NCBI GenBank assembly: GCA_963796275.1
Contig: CAWCKY010000001.1
Location: 960,001-1,024,000 of the forward strand
Direction of reading: 5' to 3'
Origin: an uncultured Acidobacteriota bacterium
GTDB taxonomy: Bacteria; Acidobacteriota; Blastocatellia; RBC074
Length of the DNA stretch: 64,000 bases
Below the pieces are notes generated by a model. That model was given only the letters and a program-made list of their open reading frames with translations, was not told where the DNA came from and searched no databases. This document shows, one piece after another, positions 43,770-54,507 of the stretch; the stretch's first letter is position 1, and each line of letters opens with the position of its first letter. Both the position numbers and the translations under genes were made by a program.

Positions 43770-44245
43770 GTGAATATCTCGACGATGAGAAGGTGCTCGC
43801 TGATGTTGCTGATTATGGATGGCACGTCGTAAAGATATACTAGACTAATGAAACGCCGGGCTGGAGCTTCTCAATCGGGCTCTATCAAAATTTCAACCAT
43901 CCTGAAGTGATCGTATTCGGTCAAACAATGAATTGATGCATTCTATCATCAACAGCATCGGTGAAGATGTGCGTGCGGGAAAGAACTTCAAATTGATGAA
44001 AAATATACAGATATAATGATAAACTGTATTCTTGGCACATTCAAACAGGTGAATACTGTTTGGTACTACCATTTTCTAGGTTACGCGAAATTGGTTCTAT
44101 GAGAGTGAGGAGTATCCGGTACTTCAAGAGCATCTGGCCTGATCGGAATAGTTCGGCATCCCTGGGAGCCTGAATTCGATCCGAATTGGCTAGGCGCAAC
44201 CGTTGTTATTCTAACGATACCAGCGAAGTCGGCTCGCACAGCTGA
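43770..44245 (+). pseudogene. Degraded DUF4262-like cassette
   Basis: Fragments across frames: FNHPEVIVFG, LMHSIINSIGEDVRAG, WYYHFLGYA, WFYESEEYPVLQ, IWPD, PWEPEFDPNW. Confidence 0.55.
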
Positions 44246-44288
44246 ATTATTGAAGTCAATGGAGGGTGAGTTTTCTCGATCCCCGGCC

Positions 44289-44378
44289 AGCGAACAATAG
44301 TTGCACCGGAGCCGAGGACCGGCGTTTTCTTGAAAGCCGAGGCTACGGCGGCGACCCGTTTACACACAGCCGTTAGTT
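44289..44378 (+). other. attC site
   Basis: AGCGAAC-AATAGTTGCACCGGAGCCG...CGGCGGCGACCCGTTTACAC...GTTAGTT; similar to the sites at 42267 and 46857. Confidence 0.7.
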
Positions 44379-44381
44379 GAC

Positions 44382-44930
44382 ATGAACTCCATACCACACC
44401 CGGGTAAATCGATGATCTTCAAGTGCACAAATAAGGTCAGGGAGATTTTGCAGATAGCCAATCGTGATCTGAATACTATTCCTGAACAATCTCCAGACAT
44501 CATCAAGTTCTGGTACTGCAATTTATTCTATTTGGATCGACACAAATGTTTGCTATTTACCCAAGCAAAAACACTCTTTAGTTTTTTGGTGCCGAAGGTT
44601 GGGAATGCCGAAATACGTGACTTTGGTAGATTGTTTCGATCCAATGCATATATTGCATTGGCGTCCGAAGGAGTATCGGCGCAAAATATTCAGAAGCTGA
44701 TTGATAATGGGCCTGACCTATATGCGAAATCAGATAATCGCTCAGTCCTGGGGTCAATGAATGATCATATACGAACCTGCAAGTTTTATCTGCAATATCA
44801 AGGCGGCTATAGCAACTTGAACTTTGCGGAATTGGGTCGGAAGCTAAACATATCACCAATGAAATATATCGAAATGGAAAGCGCAAGTAGATATCTTTTG
44901 GGTCTATTGAAAATCCAGCAACTTCGGTAA
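44382..44930 (+). CDS. DUF6933-like cassette protein
   Basis: IFKCTNKV, WYCNLFYLDRHKCLLF, KSDNRSVLGSMND, LNISPMK; the start may be 44411. Confidence 0.7.
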   Translation: MNSIPHPGKSMIFKCTNKVREILQIANRDLNTIPEQSPDIIKFWYCNLFYLDRHKCLLFTQAKTLFSFLVPKVGNAEIRDFGRLFRSNAYIALASEGVSAQNIQKLIDNGPDLYAKSDNRSVLGSMNDHIRTCKFYLQYQGGYSNLNFAELGRKLNISPMKYIEMESASRYLLGLLKIQQLR

Positions 44931-44948
44931 TATTTGAGTGCAAAGGCT

Positions 44949-45036
44949 GCCTAACAAATTTCGAACCGGACCCGCCGAACCAGGGTTTTATTGAAGCCAA
45001 GGCCGCCTGCGCGCCCGGTGAATTCTGCAGTTATCC
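44949..45036 (+). other. attC site
   Basis: GCCTAAC...ACCGGACCCGC...GCGCCCGGT...GTTATCC. Confidence 0.7.
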
Positions 45037-45060
45037 TTTCATGGTAATAAAGTTATCGTT

Positions 45061-45783
45061 ATGGAAAATGAAATGATTGTTTGCGTTCCCGGTACCTGGG
45101 AAGATCGCACGAAGTTTATCGAAGCGGTCGTTACTTCAACGCACGGTGATTTTATGTTTGCCGGAATGTTTCTTGCCCATCCGAAGGGTAACGACCACGT
45201 TGAACTAGAATTCTATGACCCAGACGAGCAGATGGCAGAAGCCTTTGAATATGGCGGTCAGGGGAAATTGTCGGACGCAACGCTAGACCAAATCGCGCAG
45301 CACCGAAGCGTTATTTATCTGCATTTTCCTTTTGACATCATTTCACAGAAAGTGCGGCTTCTGAAATTTACTGAGGTGCTTTCCAAATGCGGTGGTATTG
45401 CCATTAAACTTGAGACCTCCAGCATTGCCCACGAATGGGAACGCTGGGTTGAATTGCTTCGGTCCGATAATCCTTTTGACACTTATTGTGCAAGTGTCGT
45501 TTTAGTTGGTGACGAGAGGTTTTACTACTCCTGTGGAATGCACAACTTCAGTTTGCCGGACGCTCAAGTCTCGAACAGTTTTGACGTGGAGGAAGCGGCA
45601 GATTTGATAAATGGCTTCAATAATTGGCAAATTGTTGAAAAGCCTATTTTGAAATCGGGGCATACGTTCAGCTTAACAGCAGATAGTCCACACTTTCGCC
45701 TTGAGTTGTTGAAGGATAAGCGGCATTCAGAGGATGATTTATTTTATAACCCGAACGGAGTGTGGGAGCTACGGCGCGACTAA
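45061..45783 (+). CDS. Cassette protein with DUF4261-like C-terminus
   Basis: YYSCGMHNFSLPD...GHTFS...LFYNPNGVWEL; the stop codon lies within the next attC left box. Confidence 0.75.
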   Translation: MENEMIVCVPGTWEDRTKFIEAVVTSTHGDFMFAGMFLAHPKGNDHVELEFYDPDEQMAEAFEYGGQGKLSDATLDQIAQHRSVIYLHFPFDIISQKVRLLKFTEVLSKCGGIAIKLETSSIAHEWERWVELLRSDNPFDTYCASVVLVGDERFYYSCGMHNFSLPDAQVSNSFDVEEAADLINGFNNWQIVEKPILKSGHTFSLTADSPHFRLELLKDKRHSEDDLFYNPNGVWELRRD

Positions 45784-45883
45784 CAAGTTGAGCGCAGGGG
45801 GTAGCGTGCCTGTCATAACACTGACGTTAGTTCAACCCGAGGGACGTGTGCATTGCCGCGCCTGCTCAATTCCAGCGTTACAC
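45778..45883 (+). other. attC-like site
   Basis: GACTAAC-AAGTTGAGCGCAGG...CCTGCTCAATT...GTTACAC. Confidence 0.6.
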
Positions 45884-46172
45884 GCCCGGGGCAGACAGAT
45901 GCCCAGTGTCGAAGTCGCCCTCTGAACCGGAACTGCGCAAGTTTGGCATCCACGAATCATCGTGGTTCGGGATGTCATCCCACCTGCGATTCTTGAGACG
46001 GCGTCGAGGTCGATCGAGCGTCTTGTTGACGAGCAGCCACATCCGGAAGGTCACGTGGGGCCCTACTTCTATTGGCTTCGTCCTCAGATGGTGGTCCGCT
46101 GCCTACGCGGTGAACCCCGACCTTAGGCGCATTCAACGCCACGATCGCTGGAACGGGCTTGCATGAAATCTT

Positions 46173-46757
46173 ATGAAATTTAGAACTTTAATAAATGGGT
46201 TTGGAGCGGTGAAAGAAGAGCGACAGGCGAAATCACTAGCGTGTGAATGTGATGCTGAGGAAGGGGAATTACATAAATTTGGGTGCCGTTGGGAATACTG
46301 TCCATTCTGTGAAAAACAATTCGTTGAAGGCTGCGAATGCTCTTATGACCTGCTTAGGTTGAAAAGCCGAATGCATTCTCCGCAGTTTGATCGCTTACCT
46401 CGGGATGTTTATGAGAAGGGGCTTTCGCCAGATTGTGAAGACCGGTGGTTCAAATTGTGCGAGTCAAAAGGTCGCATCCCATACATTTACTCTCCCCAGC
46501 TTTGTGCTCGCTGTGGAGTTCAGTGGCCAAAGTTTTTCATGGTCCAAGACCAGGTTTGGGAATATTACACGGGTCCTGAATTACGTGACAAACTTTTATG
46601 TGAAGAATGTTTCAGGGAGATAAGAACCTCAGTTGATAGGCATAACCTCCGTCCCGCCTGGCTGCCGGGCATTATAGAAGTTGAGGAATACATGAAGGCG
46701 TGGCGCGAAGGAGACATGGCGAAGTTGATGGAGTTCGAGCCAGAAAAGTTTAAATAG
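46173..46757 (+). CDS. Cys-rich hypothetical cassette protein
   Basis: CECD..HKFGCRWEYCPFC..GCEC and CARC..LCEEC clusters. Confidence 0.75.
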   Translation: MKFRTLINGFGAVKEERQAKSLACECDAEEGELHKFGCRWEYCPFCEKQFVEGCECSYDLLRLKSRMHSPQFDRLPRDVYEKGLSPDCEDRWFKLCESKGRIPYIYSPQLCARCGVQWPKFFMVQDQVWEYYTGPELRDKLLCEECFREIRTSVDRHNLRPAWLPGIIEVEEYMKAWREGDMAKLMEFEPEKFK

Positions 46758-46856
46758 TTTTTAGCGACACCCGCACCCCAAAGGGAAGATTTGTCTAGTT
46801 GCCTCTTGATCAACCTATGGAAGGCGGCGGCCGAAATATAGGTTCTTGGTGTTCAC

Positions 46857-46943
46857 ATCTAACAATGTTGTACCGGAGCCGCCGAACAGGGATTTTCTTA
46901 GAAGCGAGGTGTGACAGCGGCTCGGTGAACACGGCCGTTAAGC
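46857..46943 (+). other. attC site
   Basis: ATCTAAC-AATGTTGTACCGGAGCCGC...GCGGCTCGGTGAACAC...GTTAAGC. Confidence 0.85.
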
Positions 46944-47025
46944 CTTGTGTATGACCTTCGCCGAGCGAGCGATAATATTTCTGTTTGACCGTCACGAACA
47001 TTGTATCAATGCACAACTGCCCGCT

Positions 47026-47467
47026 ATGACACTTGATTATGACAAGATGATCGTTCTCGATGCCGAATGATCTGGCTGAGATTGGGATCGGGAATGCGTA
47101 CGAACAACTCCTGCCTAAGTTAAAGGAGTACGTTGCCGATCCGATTCGAGTAGAGGAGATTATTGACTCTGACCTACCTCGCTACGCCATCCGCGCCGGC
47201 GGCAATGAGTACGTTATTTATTCTCCAGATATGTTGACCGACGAGTACGAGAGTTGGGTTATCGCTACGTGCGTGTTCTTCAAGATCGTTAACGACCAGC
47301 TTGCTAACTCTAACGTCAGGTTTTACGCAATCAATGGTGGTAACGATCTGTGCGGAATGTTTCTCACGACTGAGCAGGCAGAGGCATCAAGGGCGACACT
47401 GCCTCGCCCTTTCGACTGGCCGTATCTGCCCGAGCTAATGAGTCCTTGGTATGGCCAACATCACTAG
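47026..47467 (+). CDS. Hypothetical cassette protein (probable frameshift near 47067)
   Basis: MTLDYDKMIVLDAE joins DLAEIGIG...FYAINGGNDL...PWYGQHH if one base is removed. Confidence 0.6.
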
Positions 47468-47539
47468 ACGGCTGCTACTTCTCACTAACCCTTGGATTGC
47501 CGAGGGACAGAGAAAGTAAAACGAAAGGAAAAGCGAATT

Positions 47540-47926
47540 ATGAAGATTTCGAAAGCAGCGGTTCCCGAGAAAATAAATGTTCCAGGTGCAATTGCACGTC
47601 AGGAGTTGAATTTCGGTGACGCTACAGGGTACGGGAAAATTGCTGGAGAATATTTTTCCCTCAAAGCTGGAACCGATATAGCACCATTATTAAGAGGGCT
47701 AGAGGATGACCTCTGTCAGTCTCCTCATTGGGGCTATATGATGGAAGGTGAGGTGACGATCACCTATGCTGACGGACATGAAGAAACCATCTCTGCCAAC
47801 GATCTTTTCTATTGGCCTCCAGGGCACACAGTTAAAGTCGGAAGCGACGCCGAAATCATTCTTTTCAGCCCTCAAGAGGAGCATTGCAAGGTCGTTGATC
47901 ATCTGCACAAACAACTTGTCGGTTGA
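47540..47926 (+). CDS. Cupin-domain protein
   Basis: CQSPHWGYMMEGEV...LFYWPPGHT; AAAGGA RBS. Confidence 0.85.
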   Translation: MKISKAAVPEKINVPGAIARQELNFGDATGYGKIAGEYFSLKAGTDIAPLLRGLEDDLCQSPHWGYMMEGEVTITYADGHEETISANDLFYWPPGHTVKVGSDAEIILFSPQEEHCKVVDHLHKQLVG

Positions 47927-48051
47927 ATGCGAAAAAGATTTCCTTCTACCGAAAAAGCTGCCATAGGTTGCACAAAGCGACCTATTCGGGCAGATCGGTG
48001 ACCTTGGTACGGTTCTGGCCCCGGCGCCTTCAATCGCAGCGATCTTCATAC

Positions 48052-49599
48052 TCACTGCCAGAAGTTACGGTCCAGCGTGCGATACTGCACCGCCTCCGAA
48101 ATATGCCGCTCGTCGATCTCTGCCGCGCCTTCCAAATCCGCGATCGTCCGGCTGACCTTCAGTATCCTATCGTATGCCCTCGCCGACAGGCCATACTTTT
48201 TGATCGCGCGTTCCAGCAGGCTCTGCGGGCCGGGAGCGAGGTGGCAGTATTTGCGGATCATTCGCGGCGTCATCTGAGCGTTGCAGAAAACATGTTCCCC
48301 CGCAAAAGTTTGCTGCTGAATTTTCCTCGCCCGGCTGATTCGCTCGCGGATTTCGGCCGAGCCCTCCAATGCCTCATGCGATGACAACTCGGTAACCTTA
48401 ACTGCGGGCACGTCGATGTGAATGTCTATGCGGTCGAGCAGCGGACCTGAAATCTTCGAGATGTACCGCTGAATCTGCGGCGGCGTGCATTTGCAGTCAC
48501 GCGTCGAATCATTGAAATAGCCGCACGGGCACGGGTTCATAGCCGCAACCAGCATGAAGCTGGCCGGAAAGGTCAACGACATTGAGGCGCGGCTGATGGT
48601 CACTCTCTGATCTTCGAGCGGCTGCCTCAGAACTTCCAGGACATTGCGCTCGAATTCAGGAAGTTCGTCGAGGAAGAGAAGACCGTTATGGGCGAGGCTC
48701 ACTTCGCCGGGTCGCGGAATCGACCCGCCGCCGATCAATCCGGCATCGCTGATTGTGTGATGAGGTGAGCGGAATGGGCGTATCGTGAGCAGCCCGCGCG
48801 AGTCGGTGAAGCCCGCGACGCTGTGGATCTTCGTCATCTCCAATGCCTCTTCGAAGGTCATCGGTGGCAGGATTGATGGAATACGTTGGGCGAGCATCGT
48901 CTTGCCAGATCCCGGCGGTCCGATCATAAGCAGGTTATGGGAGCCGGCCGTAGCGACCTCGATCGCTCGCTTGGCGCTCATCTGCCCGCGCACTTCGCGG
49001 AAATCGACCGGATGTTGATCGGCGCGGCTGAACATCTCTTCAATATCGACACGCATCGGCCGAGGCATCGGATCTGCGTTCAGGAGTGCGATCACTTCAC
49101 GCAGGTCTCTGACCGGATAGACGTCGAGGCCGTTCACGACCGCAGCCTCGCTCGCATTTTCGACCGGCAATAAAAGTCGCTTGAGATTCTTGCCTCTGGC
49201 GGCGATGGCGATTGGCAAAGCGCCTCGCACCGGCCTAACTCTTCCATCGAGCGCCAACTCGCCGATTATCAGCGAGTCATCCAGTCTCTCGCGTTTCAGT
49301 TCTCCGCTTGCTCCGAGTATGCCCACCGCGATCGGCAGGTCGAATGCAGACCCTTCCTTCTTCACATCAGCCGGCGCCAGATTGACGATGGTTTTATAGA
49401 CAGGGAAGATGAGCCCGCTGTTGGTGACGGCTGAACGAATACGCTCACGGCTTTCGCGTACGGCCATATCCGGCAAGCCGACCACTGTCACCATTGGTTC
49501 CTGTTGCGGATCGCCAGTGCGTGGCGCCAGGTGCACTTCGATCTCAACTAGTTCTGCATCGATGCCATAGACGGCGGCGCTGAGGGTTTTATAGAGCAC
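48052..49599 (-). CDS. comM: ComM / YifB Mg-chelatase-like AAA+ ATPase
   Basis: [67 protein letters not shown]; GGAGG RBS before GTG 49599. Confidence 0.96.
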   Translation of the reverse strand: MLYKTLSAAVYGIDAELVEIEVHLAPRTGDPQQEPMVTVVGLPDMAVRESRERIRSAVTNSGLIFPVYKTIVNLAPADVKKEGSAFDLPIAVGILGASGELKRERLDDSLIIGELALDGRVRPVRGALPIAIAARGKNLKRLLLPVENASEAAVVNGLDVYPVRDLREVIALLNADPMPRPMRVDIEEMFSRADQHPVDFREVRGQMSAKRAIEVATAGSHNLLMIGPPGSGKTMLAQRIPSILPPMTFEEALEMTKIHSVAGFTDSRGLLTIRPFRSPHHTISDAGLIGGGSIPRPGEVSLAHNGLLFLDELPEFERNVLEVLRQPLEDQRVTISRASMSLTFPASFMLVAAMNPCPCGYFNDSTRDCKCTPPQIQRYISKISGPLLDRIDIHIDVPAVKVTELSSHEALEGSAEIRERISRARKIQQQTFAGEHVFCNAQMTPRMIRKYCHLAPGPQSLLERAIKKYGLSARAYDRILKVSRTIADLEGAAEIDERHISEAVQYRTLDRNFWQ

Positions 49600-49879
49600 A
49601 GGTGGTCCTCCAAGTAAGAAGAAATCAAAACGAGATTTTTCACCCGGCTGAGCCGACTGACGATCACGATCAGCTGAATCCTGGCTAAATCTCGCGCCAA
49701 AAGGACGCTCAAGCCGCTTCGGCGCCCTTGATATGGTTCCCGAGATCATTGGCCAATGGGCCTTCGGGAAAGCCCGATGAATCGGCGGGAACAGAAAATC
49801 AGACGGTAAAAATCAGATGGCGGCTATCAAGGCGTAGGGGTGGTAAGTTATCGGTAATTCTGGGCTGTTTGGAAGAACA

Positions 49880-49936
49880 AAGACGCAACCCAGGCTAAGT
49901 AAAAAGAGGGCGGCTCTCAACCTGACTTGCGTCTCT
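49880..49936 (-). terminator. Hairpin downstream of mltD
   Basis: AGACGCAA-CCCAGG...CCTGA-CTTGCGTCT inverted repeat. Confidence 0.4.
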
Positions 49937-49978
49937 TGGTAATTACTGCAGCAAACTGTAGCACGCTGCTCTAGGATT

Positions 49979-51754
49979 CTAGCGTCCGGAATGGAGCGGA
50001 ACCTTGATCACTTGGCCCGATCGCAACTTGGCTGACGTGCTCAGCTTATTGAGCGTCGCTATCTCACGAGCGGAAGTGTTGTACCGTCCGGCAATGTCCC
50101 CCAGAGTCTCGCCCGATTTGACCTTGTATGTGATCATCTTGAGCGAGTTGCGTCCTGTTGAATTTTTTGAGTTCCTTGACGATGAATAAACGACGTTTTT
50201 CACGTTGCTGCTGACCGGGATGATTACTTTCTGTCCGGGCCGGAGCACGCCGCCGTTTACCTGTTCAATCGTCGTAGCAGAAACCCCGGTTTTACGGCCG
50301 ATAGACTCAAACGTATCCTCATCCAGAGCCGTCAGCATACGCCAGGTCGAACGTTTCTCGACCGGAATACGCATCAAAGCGGTCTGCAATAAGCGGCCTT
50401 TACCGGTTGGCATGCGCAGAAGATATTCGACTCCAGGAGGAGTCACGTTCCGCTTCAGTTCAGGATTAAGCGCCAGCAGAACCTCATATGGCGTATCAGT
50501 CGCATCGGACGCGAGGCGCAGGTCGACCATATTGTTGACCTTCACATAATCGTAGGTCAGCGAAGGTTCGGGAGTGACGGAGAATCCGTACTTTTCTGGA
50601 TTCTTGGCGATGATGATAGTCGCCAATATGTTGGGCACGTAATTCCGCGTCTCATTAGGCAGCATCCCGCGGCTGTAGATATGCCAGAAATCGGCGTATC
50701 CGGAACGCGCAACCGCTGAGTCGACGCGTCCTTCACCTGAATTATAAGCAGCCATGGCCAATTCCCAATTGCCATCATATCGGGCCGCAAGCCATTTCAG
50801 ATAACGGGCTGAAGCGCGTGTGGCTTTCTCGAAGCTGGAACGTTCATCGACGTAGAAGTCCTGCCGCAAGCCGAAACGCGCACCCGTATCGGGAATGAAT
50901 TGCCATAATCCGACTGCGGCCGCCCACGAACGGGCAACCGGCGACCAGGCGCTTTCAACCTGACCGAGCCATGCGATGTCCTGCGGGACACCCTCTTCCC
51001 TGAATATCTTGCGCGCCATCGCCATAAAACGGCCCGAGCGGCGTAATCCCTGTTCCATGGTCGTGCGGCCGCGCCCCGTATAATAATTGATGAAGCCTTG
51101 AATCAGGGCATTCGGCTTGAATGTGAAATCCAGGCCCGCCGCCGCTACCGCTGATTTCGCCTGTTCTTCTGTGGCGCTCTTCGTCTCATCGTCGGTCAGT
51201 TTTAGTTTCGTCAGCTCATCGAGCGGCGATGGCGAGTAAACTTGCTGCCCGAACCCGCGATCCGTACCGGATTTATCCGGCTGGGGCTGGGCGCCATTCT
51301 GTTGCGGGTTATCCTGGTCGTTTCCGGTATTGGCGGCAAGGCGCACCGCATTAGCCGGAGAAGTTGAGAGCAGGGTTATCTGGCGCTGGAAAATTTGATC
51401 GACGAGGTTCTGGTAATAACGCATCAGGCGCGTGTCACTGCGTACGTCAAGGCCGGATTCGAGGACGATATCCAGAGCGCGGTCATATTCACGGCGCGCT
51501 CTATCAATATTTTTCTCTTTGAAATTGACCTCGGCCGATTGGAAGTAGCTGTTCGAACGTTCGATTACTCTTTGAATTTCCTGGTTGCGTATCGCTACAT
51601 CCGCAGGGACATCGTTTCCATTCGAGGAAACACCGCGACCCTGCGCTGATGCGGTAGGACTCAGACTGGCCATCAGGGATAGGGCACAAAGACAGGCGGC
51701 TAAGAGAGGTGCACAGTTAACGTGTGCCACCGTCCCAGTTTGTCGCTGTTCCAT
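49979..51754 (-). CDS. mltD: Lytic transglycosylase with LysM domains (MltD-like)
   Basis: VESAW, AVGLWQFIP, LAMAAYNSGEG, ETRNYVP; C-terminal YKVKSGETLGDIA LysM. Confidence 0.9.
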   Translation of the reverse strand: MEQRQTGTVAHVNCAPLLAACLCALSLMASLSPTASAQGRGVSSNGNDVPADVAIRNQEIQRVIERSNSYFQSAEVNFKEKNIDRARREYDRALDIVLESGLDVRSDTRLMRYYQNLVDQIFQRQITLLSTSPANAVRLAANTGNDQDNPQQNGAQPQPDKSGTDRGFGQQVYSPSPLDELTKLKLTDDETKSATEEQAKSAVAAAGLDFTFKPNALIQGFINYYTGRGRTTMEQGLRRSGRFMAMARKIFREEGVPQDIAWLGQVESAWSPVARSWAAAVGLWQFIPDTGARFGLRQDFYVDERSSFEKATRASARYLKWLAARYDGNWELAMAAYNSGEGRVDSAVARSGYADFWHIYSRGMLPNETRNYVPNILATIIIAKNPEKYGFSVTPEPSLTYDYVKVNNMVDLRLASDATDTPYEVLLALNPELKRNVTPPGVEYLLRMPTGKGRLLQTALMRIPVEKRSTWRMLTALDEDTFESIGRKTGVSATTIEQVNGGVLRPGQKVIIPVSSNVKNVVYSSSRNSKNSTGRNSLKMITYKVKSGETLGDIAGRYNTSAREIATLNKLSTSAKLRSGQVIKVPLHSGR

Positions 51755-51987
51755 TAATTCTTATTCCTCCGACATTAGTTCATTCCCGGCAATAAATAAT
51801 TGAGGTTAGCGCGCCTTCCTTAGCCTGTGGGGCGGGGCTTAGTCCTTCATGGATCTGGCTGGTCACATGGAGTTTGTGACGCAATTGGAAACGCTAACAA
51901 CGGGTGAGATTGTAACTTTTACACTTTAAGTATGTCAAACTCTTTAATGATTGACAGTCTCAGGTCAGTGTCGTATAAGCAGCGGGG

Positions 51988-52857
51988 ATGAAATCACCGC
52001 ACAAGTCACTTTTGCCCCAACTGCTGATCGTGGTCTGCCTGTGGTTTGCCCTGGCCCACCTTGCAGCAGCGCAACAACGGCCATTTCCTGATTATGTTGG
52101 TCACGTCAACGATTTTGCTGATATCGTGGACGCGCAGACTGAGCAGAAGCTGGAGACGATTCTTACGAATTTCGAGGGATTGACCGGCGCTCAGATCGCG
52201 GTCGTCACGGTCCAATCGCTAAATGATCGACCGATAGAAGAATATGCGAACGAGCTCTACCGCGCATGGGGTATTGGGGCCAAGGCCGGAGAGCACAAGG
52301 ACAAAGGCGCGTTGCTGCTGATATCCTTGCGTGACCGTAAGACGCGCCTGGAAGTGGGTTATGGGTTGGAAGGCGACCTTCCTGATGGGCTGGCCGGGGA
52401 AATAATCCGGAGAATGCGGCCATTTCTTCAGCAGCAGCAATACTCGCAGGGAATCAACGTCGGTGTCAGGACCCTGGTAGATACTCTGGCCGAGAAGTGG
52501 AATATCAATATAACCGGCATCGAGGATCGCGCTTATGCTTATAAATCCCCCGCAGGGGAAGGGCGGTCAAGTGTGCGCGGTTCACTCGCATTTCTAGGTC
52601 TCCTCCTCATCTTCGTCATTATTATATTTATTATTGCGCGCTCGCGCGGCAAACGAGGCGGCGGCACCGGTACGAGAGGGGGCGGCCGTGACCTATGGTG
52701 GACATATCCGATTATTTTCAATCGCGGCGGCGGTACATTCGGCGGCGGCTCCTGGGGCAGTAGCGGCGGCGGCTGGAGTAGCAGCGGAGGTGGCGGCGGC
52801 TGGGGCGGTTTCGGAGGCGGCAGCAGCGGCGGCGGCGGCGCCAGCGATAGCTGGTGA
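51988..52857 (+). CDS. TPM-domain membrane protein (YgcG family) with Gly-rich tail
   Basis: [44 protein letters not shown]. Confidence 0.93.
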   Translation: MKSPHKSLLPQLLIVVCLWFALAHLAAAQQRPFPDYVGHVNDFADIVDAQTEQKLETILTNFEGLTGAQIAVVTVQSLNDRPIEEYANELYRAWGIGAKAGEHKDKGALLLISLRDRKTRLEVGYGLEGDLPDGLAGEIIRRMRPFLQQQQYSQGINVGVRTLVDTLAEKWNINITGIEDRAYAYKSPAGEGRSSVRGSLAFLGLLLIFVIIIFIIARSRGKRGGGTGTRGGGRDLWWTYPIIFNRGGGTFGGGSWGSSGGGWSSSGGGGGWGGFGGGSSGGGGASDSW

Positions 52858-52945
52858 ATAGTTTTCAGTTCTTAGTTTTAAGTTTCAGTTTGATGATCTC
52901 GATCGGCAACTGAAAACTAAAACTGAAAACTGAAAACTATTTTTG
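52858..52945. repeat. Heptamer-repeat palindrome, family C
   Basis: AGTTTTCAGTT...TCTCGATCGGCAACTGAAAACTAAAACTGAAAACTGAAAACT. Confidence 0.8.
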
Positions 52946-52956
52946 AGGTTTCTACA

Positions 52957-53673
52957 ATGAATTCAGAATTCGGCGAACTAGTTTCCCGATTGCACGCTAG
53001 CCAGGGACGAAATCTGGTCTCAGTCATCGTTTACGGTTCGGCGATCGTCGCGCCGGGCAATACCCCAAAATCCGACTATCATATTGTGATCGTCACCAGG
53101 CGGCTTTCAGCCACCGATCTCAGGCTGGCCCGTCCGATCGCCCAATGGTGGACCGCCGAGGGATATTCGCTGCCCGTCTTCTTCACAGCGGAAGAGTTCG
53201 ATGACTCGCTCGATGTCTATCCGATCGAGTTTCGGCATATGAAGCGAGCCTATCAGGTGCTCTACGGTCCGGACCTGCTCGCGGGCAAGGAAATTTCCAA
53301 TGAGAGTCTGCGATGGCAAACCGAACACGAACTGCGCGGAAAGCTTCTGCGTCTGCGCTCTCTTTACCTTCCCGCCAGTCTGTCCGCCCACGATCTGATG
53401 AGGCTAATGACACAGAGCGTGGTCACATTCGTGCATTTTATGCGCCCGGTGCTGCAGATGCTCGGAGAAGAGCCACCCCTTGGCCGCATGGCCACGGCGC
53501 TGCGCGTCGGGCAACGTTTAGAGATCGATATGGCTCCGGTAATGCGCGTTCTCCAACTGCGCGATGAACCCAAAGAATTGATGGATATCGAAGTCCATGA
53601 TCTTTTTGCAGGCTATCTGGACAGCCTCGACCGGGTCATCGGGGCTGTGGATAATATGTTAATTGATAATTGA
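52957..53673 (+). CDS. Pol-beta nucleotidyltransferase-fold protein
   Basis: [11 protein letters not shown]...[20 protein letters not shown]; second catalytic Asp replaced. Confidence 0.75.
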   Translation: MNSEFGELVSRLHASQGRNLVSVIVYGSAIVAPGNTPKSDYHIVIVTRRLSATDLRLARPIAQWWTAEGYSLPVFFTAEEFDDSLDVYPIEFRHMKRAYQVLYGPDLLAGKEISNESLRWQTEHELRGKLLRLRSLYLPASLSAHDLMRLMTQSVVTFVHFMRPVLQMLGEEPPLGRMATALRVGQRLEIDMAPVMRVLQLRDEPKELMDIEVHDLFAGYLDSLDRVIGAVDNMLIDN

Positions 53674-53762
53674 TAATTGATAGTTACCTGTTGATGGCTG
53701 ATAGTTCGTAAACACTGTGGCAACAATTTATACGAACTATTATCAATTATCAATTATCAACT
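53660..53762. repeat. Heptamer-repeat palindrome with 38-bp core (family A, reverse orientation)
   Basis: Core TAGTTCGTAAACACTGTGGCAACAATTTATACGAACTA at 53702-53739. Confidence 0.9.
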
Positions 53763-53872
53763 AATAGCAACCTCTCCCTGGTTGTTTCTACTTGTGCAAG
53801 AGTCAATCCAATCGATCGGAGAATCCGGCAGCTGGACCCGGCGTTGCTGGCACAATTGCAAAGGAGGAGACT

Positions 53873-54499
53873 ATGGGGAAAATTGCGCTAATTATCCTGG
53901 GTGTGATTGTTCTTGCCGCTCTATTTATCGGTGGCTGGGCAATAAACAGTTACAACACACTCAATGTGAAGCGCTTGGCGGTAGAAGAGACGTGGTCGGG
54001 GGTCGAAAACAATCTTCAGCGACGAGCTGACCTGATACCCAATCTGGTCGGTACAGTCAAAGGGATAGCCAACCTGGAGGAGAGCGTCCTCACCAAGATC
54101 GCTGACTCGCGCTCGAAGATTTTGTCGCAATCCACCACGCCTGAAGAGAAGATGGAAGCGAGCAACCAGATGACGGATGCAGCACGCCAGGCAGGGCTGA
54201 TACCGGGCGGAAGTGGCGGGATACTCGGTACCGGTGGAAGGTTCCTCTCGATCACAGAACAATATCCGCAGTTGAAATCCGATCAGAGCTTTCTTCGATT
54301 GCAGGACGAACTGGCCGGAACCGAGAATCGTCTCGCCGTGTCTCGTCGCGATTACAATACTGCGGTCACCGAGTACAACACGGGACGACAGAGGTTTCCT
54401 ACCGTTCTCCTGGCAGGTATGTTGGGCTTTCAGGATAAACCCTACTTCAAGGCTGAAGAAAGCGCACAGCAGGCGCCCAAGGTAGACTTCAGTAAATAA
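53873..54499 (+). CDS. lemA: LemA family protein
   Basis: [40 protein letters not shown]; AGGAGG RBS. Confidence 0.95.
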   Translation: MGKIALIILGVIVLAALFIGGWAINSYNTLNVKRLAVEETWSGVENNLQRRADLIPNLVGTVKGIANLEESVLTKIADSRSKILSQSTTPEEKMEASNQMTDAARQAGLIPGGSGGILGTGGRFLSITEQYPQLKSDQSFLRLQDELAGTENRLAVSRRDYNTAVTEYNTGRQRFPTVLLAGMLGFQDKPYFKAEESAQQAPKVDFSK

Positions 54500-54507
54500 G
54501 AAGACCA

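Larger units (their letters stand above)
40711..48051. mobile_element. Accessory island with an integron-type gene-cassette array and no integrase (CALIN-like)
   Basis: Lower GC than flanks, short co-oriented + strand ORFs separated by AAC...GTT imperfect palindromes, bounded by the two comM 3' copies. Confidence 0.8.

Noticed and set aside
53845-53862. TGGCACAATTGCA as a sigma-54 promoter for lemA
   Set aside because: The GG-to-GC spacing is too short for a -24/-12 promoter, and it abuts the RBS.
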